From contig CAZWUO010000003.1 in assembly GCA_964636675.1 (NCBI GenBank), positions 1-61,048 of the forward strand: 61,048 bases of DNA. Direction: 5' to 3'. Origin of the DNA: an uncultured Ectothiorhodospiraceae bacterium (GTDB lineage Bacteria > Pseudomonadota > Gammaproteobacteria > S012-40). The notes under the pieces were generated by a model that ran no database searches, was not told the origin of the DNA, and saw only the letters and a list, made by a program, of their open reading frames with translations. Both the position numbers and the translations under genes were made by a program. Positions 8,633-16,634 of the stretch are shown in pieces (position 1 is the stretch's first letter; the number at the start of each line of letters is the position of its first letter).

Positions 8633-11266
8633 TTAATTCACGTGTTGTGGATTCAGCGATTCATACAACGATTTGTAATACCTCGATTGCGTCAAATTAC
8701 CCTCTGTCTCAGCTATTTTCCCTAAGTCTTTTATCGCCAAATAATGATCTGGCCTAATTTTTAGGATCTCTAAAAGTGCATTCTTCGGAGAAAGGCCTTG
8801 CTCCTGCGCTTGACTTTTAGACGCATACATCTGGTCAGCAATACCAAACCCCAGCCAACGATCTTGATTATTTAGCATATAACCCTCGCGTAGCTTCTGA
8901 AACCCCTTATTAAACTCACCACGCAATGAATCAACCATGCCTCCTCCCCATAAATTTGTAGCCTTGAATGCGCTGACAAACTGCGCTAAGCCTTCTCCAG
9001 GAATAGCAAGCTCTCGCGCAATGTCTTGCTCTGCAGAACGCATCGAAAGAACATATAGAAACGTCGTCAAAATGTTAAATTTGCCATCATATTTCGATTG
9101 CGGAATTAGAAATTCAAGTTTAGGAGACCACTCTGACTGTACAAGAACGCCCTCATCTTCTATCTCTCCGATATAACGCCCTAGCCACGTCCAAATCCCC
9201 TCGCCACCCGTTTTGTCCATAATGGCTGAGTCATTGTTTGCAATCTGATGCGCTCTCATTGATGCATAAAAGGACATTTTAGCATTAGAACCCACTAGCG
9301 CGAGCCTAAACCCATCTAAAAACATAGCAGAGTGGGGGAATACACTTCTAAACGTACTCAAGACAATCTTCAACGACTCGACATCGTACTGATTCAGCGC
9401 CACCCATTGTACAAACAAACCCTCGCTACGCAGAATTCCTTTAATCCGTGCAAAATGTTCTACGGACAATAGTGCGCCCCTGCCAACCAAATCAGGATGA
9501 AACAAATCACCAATCACTACGTCGAATTTATCCTGAGTTAGCTTCGTATATCTTCTCGCATCGTCTTTAATGATTCTGATTTTTTCAGTCACATCAAGAT
9601 TAACTGAGGAAAAATAAGTCCCTGCCGCCGCGATTGCTCCAGCAGACAATTCCACCGCCGTTACACTAACTCCAGGAAAAGCCAGCGCACCCGACGCCGT
9701 TATGCCGGTTCCCAGGCCCAAAAACAAGACTTCTTTGGGCTCCCTGTGCAACAGAAGCGCAAGCCGGGCTTGATTTTTTTGCACAGTCACAGCCGTCGGC
9801 TCGGACGAAGCATCCATCCTTTGCAAATCAGAAAGCAAAAGCCGCTCACCTGAAGGCTTGTCTACGACACTGGTTAGTGAGACCGCATCTTCGTAATAAA
9901 AAATATCTTTAGCGTTAGCATATGCCTGAGGAAGCAGGCTGGAAACCGGCGGAAATCCCAGTATAAATAATCCCAGCAACAACACTGTCATGGAGGACAA
10001 CTGATACCATTTAGCCGAAACCCAGGTAAAACTTGAGAATATAACCACGAGTACAGCGATATATATAATGGCCACTGAACCAAATACAGGTAACAAAATA
10101 AATGTTGCAATCAATGCACCCAAGGCACCGCCAATCGAGTTTGCTCCGTAAAGCAAAACAGCGTCTTCTGAGCTACCTGATATATGCCGAATTAATACGG
10201 GAAACCATATTCCAAACAAGAAAGTAACCGGAAAAAATATTACCAACAGAATAAAAAATTGACTTAATATTGCCTCATTAAAACTTTGGAAATTCGCTGT
10301 CTCAGCCCAAGCAGAGACCAATGGAAGCAATAAGATGGAAAGCAAACCAAAAAATGCGATTAACAAAGGAATGACGGCCAATACCGCTTGCTTCTGAAAA
10401 AACCTATGCATAAACGCACCTACCCCAATACCCATAAGAAAAATGGCAAGAAGCATTGCTAATATATATTCAGTCCTTAATAACACCATTCCATAAAGCC
10501 GAACCCATGAAATCTGCAGCATCAAAGCCGCCAAACCTATAAATGCATACGCAATTAGGGAACTCTTTTTCACTGAGCTTGTTTCTTGATTTCTGCTCAC
10601 GGTATTTTCAGCTTGCGAACGCCCAACAAAAAAAGACAATACAAAGCATAACGCAGCAATAAGTAATCCTAATATGGCAATTAGGCGCGTGGAAACGATC
10701 CATCCAAAAACGGGCAATAGGTATATTGGAGTAATTGAACCAAGCACACCACCCAGGGTATTAATCCCATAAATTTGGCCAACCGAAATATTGAACGGCT
10801 TTAATACCTCGAGCAGCAACGCAAACGTTGAACCCATGGCAACTGCTGGAATAAATAGCAGAACAAAACAAATAAAAGATTCTAATAAGAAGAACGAACC
10901 CCAACTATTTTGCGCTGTATTTAAATAAACAAAATTTTCAATTTCTGGGATAAACTTGGGAAGTAGAAACGCAAAAATGGCGATGAAAGCCTCGAGTAAA
11001 GCAAACATTAGCAGCGGCGAAATTTTACGCCTTACTAAATATACACCCAAAAAGCCCCCGACCCCTAGGCCCGCCATAAACGCGGCTACCGTAATTGCTA
11101 CACCAAATATGTTTACCCCAAAAATAAGGGATAACATACGAACCCACAATATTTCGTATGCCAAAGAAGTAAAACCGGTAAAAAAATAAGCCGCCGCAAT
11201 TAGAAGCGCTGTAAATGCGAAAGGGGATTTACCTGAAACTTGCTCTCTGATTAGGCTTTCAGGCAT
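8633..11266 (-). CDS. Membrane-bound spermidine-synthase-like protein (multi-TM domain plus SAM-binding domain)
   Basis: LAYEILWVR and IYGINTLGG repeats in the TM region; LGLGTG, VEL, DDARRY, DVVIGDLFHP. Confidence 0.88.
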   Translation of the reverse strand: MPESLIREQVSGKSPFAFTALLIAAAYFFTGFTSLAYEILWVRMLSLIFGVNIFGVAITVAAFMAGLGVGGFLGVYLVRRKISPLLMFALLEAFIAIFAFLLPKFIPEIENFVYLNTAQNSWGSFFLLESFICFVLLFIPAVAMGSTFALLLEVLKPFNISVGQIYGINTLGGVLGSITPIYLLPVFGWIVSTRLIAILGLLIAALCFVLSFFVGRSQAENTVSRNQETSSVKKSSLIAYAFIGLAALMLQISWVRLYGMVLLRTEYILAMLLAIFLMGIGVGAFMHRFFQKQAVLAVIPLLIAFFGLLSILLLPLVSAWAETANFQSFNEAILSQFFILLVIFFPVTFLFGIWFPVLIRHISGSSEDAVLLYGANSIGGALGALIATFILLPVFGSVAIIYIAVLVVIFSSFTWVSAKWYQLSSMTVLLLGLFILGFPPVSSLLPQAYANAKDIFYYEDAVSLTSVVDKPSGERLLLSDLQRMDASSEPTAVTVQKNQARLALLLHREPKEVLFLGLGTGITASGALAFPGVSVTAVELSAGAIAAAGTYFSSVNLDVTEKIRIIKDDARRYTKLTQDKFDVVIGDLFHPDLVGRGALLSVEHFARIKGILRSEGLFVQWVALNQYDVESLKIVLSTFRSVFPHSAMFLDGFRLALVGSNAKMSFYASMRAHQIANNDSAIMDKTGGEGIWTWLGRYIGEIEDEGVLVQSEWSPKLEFLIPQSKYDGKFNILTTFLYVLSMRSAEQDIARELAIPGEGLAQFVSAFKATNLWGGGMVDSLRGEFNKGFQKLREGYMLNNQDRWLGFGIADQMYASKSQAQEQGLSPKNALLEILKIRPDHYLAIKDLGKIAETEGNLTQSRYYKSLYESLNPQHVN

Positions 11267-11273
11267 TTAACAG

Positions 11274-11621
11274 TCAATAGGGATAAAACCAAACTACAGC
11301 AGTTACCGCATGAGCAACCGTTAAAAATACAGATATGCCCGCAAATATCATATGCGGCACAAAAACATTTTTCCCATAAATCCCCAATGCCAAACCAAAT
11401 GCTGAAGTAGCAAAAATTGAAATCAACAAAATAATACCCATTATAAACAGTATTTCATGCCTACCCTGGTCAAGATCACTAAGCTCCTGCAAGTTGATTT
11501 CTGCACTTTTAAATGGAGCCATAACAGCGGCGCCGCTTGATTCCTCTGCGACAGCACTCAAAGGAAAGGCAAGCAACAGCAGTAAAAGCCCTATAAAAGG
11601 GACCTTAGAAAATTTTAGCAT
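11274..11621 (-). CDS. Small membrane protein with three intramembrane His
   Basis: Signal-like N-terminus, two TM helices; RHE...PHMIFAGISVFLTVAH (H-x13-H). Confidence 0.65.
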   Translation of the reverse strand: MLKFSKVPFIGLLLLLLAFPLSAVAEESSGAAVMAPFKSAEINLQELSDLDQGRHEILFIMGIILLISIFATSAFGLALGIYGKNVFVPHMIFAGISVFLTVAHAVTAVVWFYPY

Positions 11622-11633
11622 TTTGAAAACCTA

Positions 11634-11864
11634 TTATTTTACGTTTTTAGGAGACTTGTCTTTCTTAAATGCGAAATGCCAATATAAAAGCGCCATCAAA
11701 ATTGCAGGCGCCAAAACCATAGGCAAAAGAAAAATAAAGATTGCCCAAGGTGTTTCTATCGTTACATGTAACCAACGATAGCTATCTGTCGCATCAGCAA
11801 AAGAAGAAGTAGAGAATAGCAGTCCAAAAATTGCAGAATATATTATTAACAAATATTTGCTCAT
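11634..11864 (-). CDS. Small membrane protein (signal peptide plus one TM)
   Basis: SSFA cleavage-like site, then hydrophobic helix and basic tail; operonic spacing. Confidence 0.65.
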   Translation of the reverse strand: MSKYLLIIYSAIFGLLFSTSSFADATDSYRWLHVTIETPWAIFIFLLPMVLAPAILMALLYWHFAFKKDKSPKNVK

Positions 11865-11879
11865 AATTACACCAATTTA

Positions 11880-12950
11880 TTATTGATCAACATCTTTTAC
11901 AGTGCGAAAGCCGTAAAAATCAGATGCAAAGTTAGGCCAAGAAAAATTTCGATGATAAGAAGATGTCGAAAATGGATCCCCCTTCCAAGACCCGCCTCTC
12001 ATTACTTTATATCTTTCTTCGGTCTCAAGAAAATCTAGCATTTTTAAGTTTCGTTCTTTCGAGTCTTTTGGGATAACTGGCACTTTGGCTTTAAAAAGTG
12101 AACCTGAGGCCTTGCTTCCCGTGTATGGAAAAAAGTCATCCGTAACCCACTCACTCACATTCCCTGCCATGTCCATCACACCATATGGGCTAGCTCCCTG
12201 AGGGTATGTTGTCACATCTGTCGTAGATCCTACGTGATAGTACGTGTTTAAAAGCTTGGGATCCATACGATTTCCCCAAGGCCAGCGCCTAGAATCATCT
12301 CCTCTCGCGGCTTTTTCCCATTCGGCTTCTAGAGGCAATCTCTTTCCGGCCCATTTTGCATAAGCTCTCGCATCAAACCAAGAAACTAAAACAACAGGAT
12401 GCATTTCCACCCCAAGAGGTATTTTGCCTGATTCCCAATGCAATGGGGGACGATAGTCCGTCGCAGCAACAAATCGAGCGTATTGCGCATTGGTAACCGG
12501 ATATTTATCGATTTCGTAAGCCGTTAACATTACTGGATGTGCTGGTTTATTCTGAGAATCTGCTTTAACATTATCGGTACCCAACATAAACTCACCAGCA
12601 GGAATTAAAATTTGAGTATCAATTTCTTTCCACGTAACGGCATCTAATAGCGCTTCAGCCTCCTCAACCGTATAAGTTATTTTTGCTATCCGCCGATGTT
12701 CTTGCGCTTCGTTCCGATACAAGTCCTCGCCCGCTGCTCGCAGATGGTCGTTAATTTCTGACAGATCATATGCTGCAAGATCCCGCATCTGCGTCATCCT
12801 GTTTAAACCTAGCTCTAATACATGAATAGTCCCCAATACAAGCGCTATTACAATACAAGACACAAAAGTAGCACCGAGAATTTTTTTTCTAAACAATATT
12901 TGCTCTGCAGAAACCTTTTCTTTTTTAAACGCAGGAACTTGCATTAACAT
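11880..12950 (-). CDS. Membrane-anchored formylglycine-generating-enzyme-fold (SUMF1/NirV/PvdO-like) protein
   Basis: IPAGEF, VTNAQY, HPVVLVSWFDA, RLPLEAEWEKAARG, DMAGNVSEW, RGGSW, GFR. Confidence 0.9.
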   Translation of the reverse strand: MLMQVPAFKKEKVSAEQILFRKKILGATFVSCIVIALVLGTIHVLELGLNRMTQMRDLAAYDLSEINDHLRAAGEDLYRNEAQEHRRIAKITYTVEEAEALLDAVTWKEIDTQILIPAGEFMLGTDNVKADSQNKPAHPVMLTAYEIDKYPVTNAQYARFVAATDYRPPLHWESGKIPLGVEMHPVVLVSWFDARAYAKWAGKRLPLEAEWEKAARGDDSRRWPWGNRMDPKLLNTYYHVGSTTDVTTYPQGASPYGVMDMAGNVSEWVTDDFFPYTGSKASGSLFKAKVPVIPKDSKERNLKMLDFLETEERYKVMRGGSWKGDPFSTSSYHRNFSWPNFASDFYGFRTVKDVDQ

Positions 12951-12953
12951 ACC

Positions 12954-13481
12954 TCATAAACTTTCTTTGCGAACATCTGTTTTTGGCGCAACCTCTTTGT
13001 CTGCAGCGTCAACTTGATACCGTATGTGAATATCTGACTTTGCACTGCGCCCGTATGTTTTTTTAATAACATATTCGCCGACGATGCCGCCACCCGCACA
13101 TGCTTCAACACATACAATCACCACCAAAATCCAATAACCAATGGGAAGAACTGACACACCTTCAGTTAAAAAACGCATGTCATAAGACGCGATATACTCG
13201 GGGATTAAAATAATTAACGGTGAAAAATTAGCCAACATTTTCCCGCCCAGCCCATAAATTGCAGACACCACCATTCCCGCCACAAAGGGAACAACAATAA
13301 TGGTAACTATCCACATTGGCCTGAACGTATGCAATAAACCAAAATAGAGTTCCAGATCAACACCGGTTAAGGCTTTTCCCACATAAAATACCAGCGCACC
13401 AGCAAACACTGCAACCAATGCCCACACTACATCGATCAATTTAATCTTACTGGATAATTTCAGCATCATCAGTGTAATCAT
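12954..13481 (-). CDS. Multi-TM membrane protein of unknown function
   Basis: Hydrophobic ORF tightly packed in the operon; exact start uncertain. Confidence 0.7.
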   Translation of the reverse strand: MITLMMLKLSSKIKLIDVVWALVAVFAGALVFYVGKALTGVDLELYFGLLHTFRPMWIVTIIVVPFVAGMVVSAIYGLGGKMLANFSPLIILIPEYIASYDMRFLTEGVSVLPIGYWILVVIVCVEACAGGGIVGEYVIKKTYGRSAKSDIHIRYQVDAADKEVAPKTDVRKESL

Positions 13482-13953
13482 TCCCCGTTAATTTTTCATA
13501 ACGCTTCTTCTTAGCATCGGGTAAATACCAATCTTTGACTTTTAACGTAGCAAGATACCTCGCAATGGTTTTACGCTCATCATCACTTAAATGCGCATAG
13601 GAAGGCATTCTATATTGAGGCTTTAATCTTGTTGCTAACACATCTTGTGGCGTCTCTTGAGAAAGATAGTTAAATAGCCATGGCTCGTCTCTAAACTCTC
13701 CAACCCCATCGAGAGGTGGAGCGGGAACCGCTTTGTCTAAATCTCTAATTCCCCACAGAAAATGGCACTCTCTACAATTATAAACGCGAATAATCTCTCC
13801 GGCTTTTGCAGTCAATTCGGGACTAGCATCGGAAATAAATGGAATATCCATCTCCACTTCATTCACTTCTTCAGCGTTTTTAAACTTTAACACTGCAACG
13901 ATCACCACGCTTATAACCATCGCTACAGCAATGCCTTTCTCACCGGCCCTCAT
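13447..13953 (-). CDS. Membrane-anchored monohaem cytochrome c (CcoO/NorC-like)
   Basis: N-terminal TM, CRECH, PPLDGVG...WL, axial Met in YRMPSY. Confidence 0.85.
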   Translation of the reverse strand: MRAGEKGIAVAMVISVVIVAVLKFKNAEEVNEVEMDIPFISDASPELTAKAGEIIRVYNCRECHFLWGIRDLDKAVPAPPLDGVGEFRDEPWLFNYLSQETPQDVLATRLKPQYRMPSYAHLSDDERKTIARYLATLKVKDWYLPDAKKKRYEKLTGNDYTDDAEIIQ

Positions 13954-14231
13954 TTCTTCTTCCGTGCTTTAGCCTCAACTTTTTCTCGAAGAACATCTCT
14001 GCGTTTTTGCTCTTGTTCTTTTTGAATTTTTAGCATGTATTCGTACTCTTCTGGATCCATTTTGTCTTTGTCTTTTTCATCAAAGACAACATATTTAATA
14101 TCCTCGTCAAATTGTTCATTTTTTGCCGCCCAGCGTAACGCTACACCTGCACCTATTAATATAAATGCGGCGACGACTAACCACAGATAGATCGTCCATC
14201 CATCAGGTAGATTTTGAAAAAATTCAGCCAT
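13950..14231 (-). CDS. ccoS: CcoS/FixS-like cbb3 maturation protein with extended charged tail
   Basis: TM followed by WAAKNEQFDED, matching the CcoS W(A/S)xxxGQFDD pattern. Confidence 0.6.
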   Translation of the reverse strand: MAEFFQNLPDGWTIYLWLVVAAFILIGAGVALRWAAKNEQFDEDIKYVVFDEKDKDKMDPEEYEYMLKIQKEQEQKRRDVLREKVEAKARKKK

Positions 14232-14242
14232 ACATACTTCCT

Positions 14243-14584
14243 CTAAATCAAGTAGCCTTCAATTAGTTGCACATAGCCCATGATAACAGCTAGGAACAAT
14301 CCTATGATTATTGCACCAAACATAATTTTTTCACCGGTTTTTAACTTTTTATCATTACCCTTTGGCATATAAAGATAAATTATAAACCCAAAAACGATTA
14401 AAGAAAGAATTAGAAAGAAAAATATATAATTACTAAAAACCTGCGATCGCAAGCCTTCGATACTCATGTCAACACCAAACACAAGATTGTTATCGGATGT
14501 ACTTTCCGCAACAAACATTGGTAACCAATCAAACACTTGAGCCTGGTTAATGATGGAGAAAAATAGGCTTACAAATACTTCCAT
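14243..14584 (-). CDS. Membrane protein of unknown function
   Basis: Two C-terminal TM helices; first gene after the internal terminator. Confidence 0.65.
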   Translation of the reverse strand: MEVFVSLFFSIINQAQVFDWLPMFVAESTSDNNLVFGVDMSIEGLRSQVFSNYIFFFLILSLIVFGFIIYLYMPKGNDKKLKTGEKIMFGAIIIGLFLAVIMGYVQLIEGYLI

Positions 14585-14676
14585 CGAACCACCTTTAACA
14601 CCTTAATTATAAATATCAAAATTTAAGTGAAGCTTAGACTAACTAAGTTACTGTTAGTTTCCTGTAATTGTTTTAA

Positions 14677-14711
14677 TAAAAGAAAAGCCGCTCCGAAATG
14701 GGAGCGGCTTT
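14677..14711 (-). terminator. Intrinsic terminator ending the ccoNO unit
   Basis: AAAGCCGCTCC-N6-GGAGCGGCTTT stem with U-rich tail on the minus strand. Confidence 0.8.
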
Positions 14712-14744
14712 ATCTCTTACTAAAACGAAACTAGTATCTAATTA

Positions 14745-14891
14745 TTAATTAAATACATCATCGTCAGTGTCTTCTTCAGAATGGCGTTTCCAATGAGCAT
14801 CCACAAGGAATATTCCATACAAAGCAGGACAAACTATAGCAAACACTATCATACCAGCGAAAACACCTGGCGAATAATCGTAATCTATCAT
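14745..14891 (-). CDS. 48-aa single-TM microprotein in a CcoQ-like position (not in ORF track)
   Basis: MIDYDYSPGVFAGMIVFAIVCPALYGIFLVDAHWKRHSEEDTDDDVFN; AAGGAG RBS; acidic tail. Confidence 0.8.
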   Translation of the reverse strand: MIDYDYSPGVFAGMIVFAIVCPALYGIFLVDAHWKRHSEEDTDDDVFN

Positions 14892-14903
14892 TTAAATGAC
14901 TCC

Positions 14904-15545
14904 TTATATTCTACCGATATCGGGTTTTCTGCTGTAATGAGGCAATTGCTTAATAACGATAACCATTGTGATTGTAAAATAGAGCACATAGAAAACGTCA
15001 ATTGTATAGCCTTTATCCCACCATGGCTGCAAACGTTCACGGACTTGCTTGCCATTAATTTCAACATATTCACCTTCAAAGTTAGCAAGGACAATTTTGT
15101 CACCGATAACAGAATACCAACTCAACGGATACAAACCGCCGTTTTGAACTTCACGAATACCAGGTGCAATATTCAAAAGATCATCCCATGAAAGAGGATG
15201 TCTTTCTAACGAACCCTGTCTACGACCGTCAGCCTTATTATAAGCCAGGTTATAGAGATACTCGATTTTCTTCTCGGGATCTGCAATTTTCTGAACCTCG
15301 GGCGAATTCATATTCGCAACAAAGTCAGTATAGTCCTCAGCTGTAGGCCGCTGCCCCCAAATAGGCATCGTTATCATGAAAGCTGTTAGAATAACCAACG
15401 CCATAATTAATACCATCGGCATCGGAAGACGATTATTGCCTTCGCTCAAACCACCATGCTTTTCATTTTCCCAAGCCTCTATTATTTCCTTCTGTTCTTT
15501 ATCGTCAGAAAGACAATATAGCGGCTGATCAAATTTCCAACCCAT
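14904..15545 (-). CDS. Haem-less membrane protein in the ccoP position
   Basis: GLSEGNNRLPMP...TMPIWG resembles the CcoP N-terminal helix; no CxxCH; second TM near the C-terminus. Confidence 0.7.
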   Translation of the reverse strand: MGWKFDQPLYCLSDDKEQKEIIEAWENEKHGGLSEGNNRLPMPMVLIMALVILTAFMITMPIWGQRPTAEDYTDFVANMNSPEVQKIADPEKKIEYLYNLAYNKADGRRQGSLERHPLSWDDLLNIAPGIREVQNGGLYPLSWYSVIGDKIVLANFEGEYVEINGKQVRERLQPWWDKGYTIDVFYVLYFTITMVIVIKQLPHYSRKPDIGRI

Positions 15546-15559
15546 AATTAATTCCCCCG

Positions 15560-16540
15560 TTATCTCAAGCTCGTCATGATCCAGTCAACCAAAGCACGAA
15601 CCTGAGAATCAGGTGCAGGCTCTGGAACCTCTGGTGGATATATTGAGCCACCTTTTAAGTACGTCATATATTCAGCGCGCCATTTAGAATAATCAATTGA
15701 TGCACCGCTTGCATCTCGAGCATCAGAAGGACCTTTACCTATTGGCGCCCAAAGATAATCAAATCGAGGCATAATTGAATTCGGCTGAACTAACCGAGGA
15801 TTGAAAAAATGCATATACATCCATTCTCGCGATGAATTGCGTGAAGCTACGTGCAAAATATCCGGTGCTTTACGATCCGAACCAAATGCTGTAGGCATTT
15901 CACCATTAAAATCACCTAGATATGGCGGCGTACCAAAATACTGCCAATCTTGGGTTTCTTCTGGTAACAATGTATGACACCACCAGCAACCCTCTGTGAT
16001 ATATATAGTCTTGCCTGCCCCAACAAATCGCTTAGCATCATCACCGACAGAACTTAGGACTTTATCAACCGTCCAACCACGTACCGCCGTTGAGTTTTCG
16101 ACATAATCCAGCTCTTCGCCGTTGAATTCACCTTTAACAATAGTGAATACTATGCCGTCTCCCGGTTTAGCATCGTTAATTTTGCCAACATTGACGCTTA
16201 ACTCTTCCACCCCCAAACCAAGCTGATCAGTATGGTTTACGCCAGGTGAAAATGGAGTGCCTGGCTTATATACATAAGCTCGTATAGGTGGATCAATCGC
16301 TGCACCTGTCGCAGGATCTTTATCCAAAATTACCGTCACAGGCTTGCCATCACCACGAACTAAAGGGTCTTCGTAACTAAACCCTATAAGGCGACCAGCA
16401 GAAAGCTGTTTGTCCAAACCAACCCAAGTAGAAACACCAGACCGGAAGTCAAAACTTGGGAAGAACAGTGTAATACTCATTGAAAAGCCCATCATCAAAC
16501 CGATGCCGGCTGTACCAAATTTATGTTGTCTAAAACCCAC
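15560..16540 (-). CDS. ccoO: cbb3-type cytochrome c oxidase subunit II, enlarged
   Basis: GKTIYITEGCWWCHT, FGSDRKAPDI, HFFNPRLVQPNSIMP; GTG start with GGAGGAG RBS. Confidence 0.9.
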   Translation of the reverse strand: MGFRQHKFGTAGIGLMMGFSMSITLFFPSFDFRSGVSTWVGLDKQLSAGRLIGFSYEDPLVRGDGKPVTVILDKDPATGAAIDPPIRAYVYKPGTPFSPGVNHTDQLGLGVEELSVNVGKINDAKPGDGIVFTIVKGEFNGEELDYVENSTAVRGWTVDKVLSSVGDDAKRFVGAGKTIYITEGCWWCHTLLPEETQDWQYFGTPPYLGDFNGEMPTAFGSDRKAPDILHVASRNSSREWMYMHFFNPRLVQPNSIMPRFDYLWAPIGKGPSDARDASGASIDYSKWRAEYMTYLKGGSIYPPEVPEPAPDSQVRALVDWIMTSLR

Positions 16541-16572
16541 TTGTCACTCCTCCCTAGAAGCAATTGTTAATC

Positions 16573-16603
16573 CCGAGGGAAAACCAGAATCTCTTTCCCC
16601 CGG
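16573..16603 (-). other. GC-rich stem-loop in the ccoN-ccoO spacer
   Basis: CCGGGGGAAA pairs with TTTCCCTCGG on the minus strand; no U-tail. Confidence 0.5.
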
Positions 16604-16634
16604 AATTTCAAATGCTGCTATTTCATATTTACGA

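Noticed and set aside
14781-15346. Short ORFs at 14781, 14888 and 15164
   Set aside because: Shadow or off-frame ORFs over the 213-aa gene and the 48-aa microprotein
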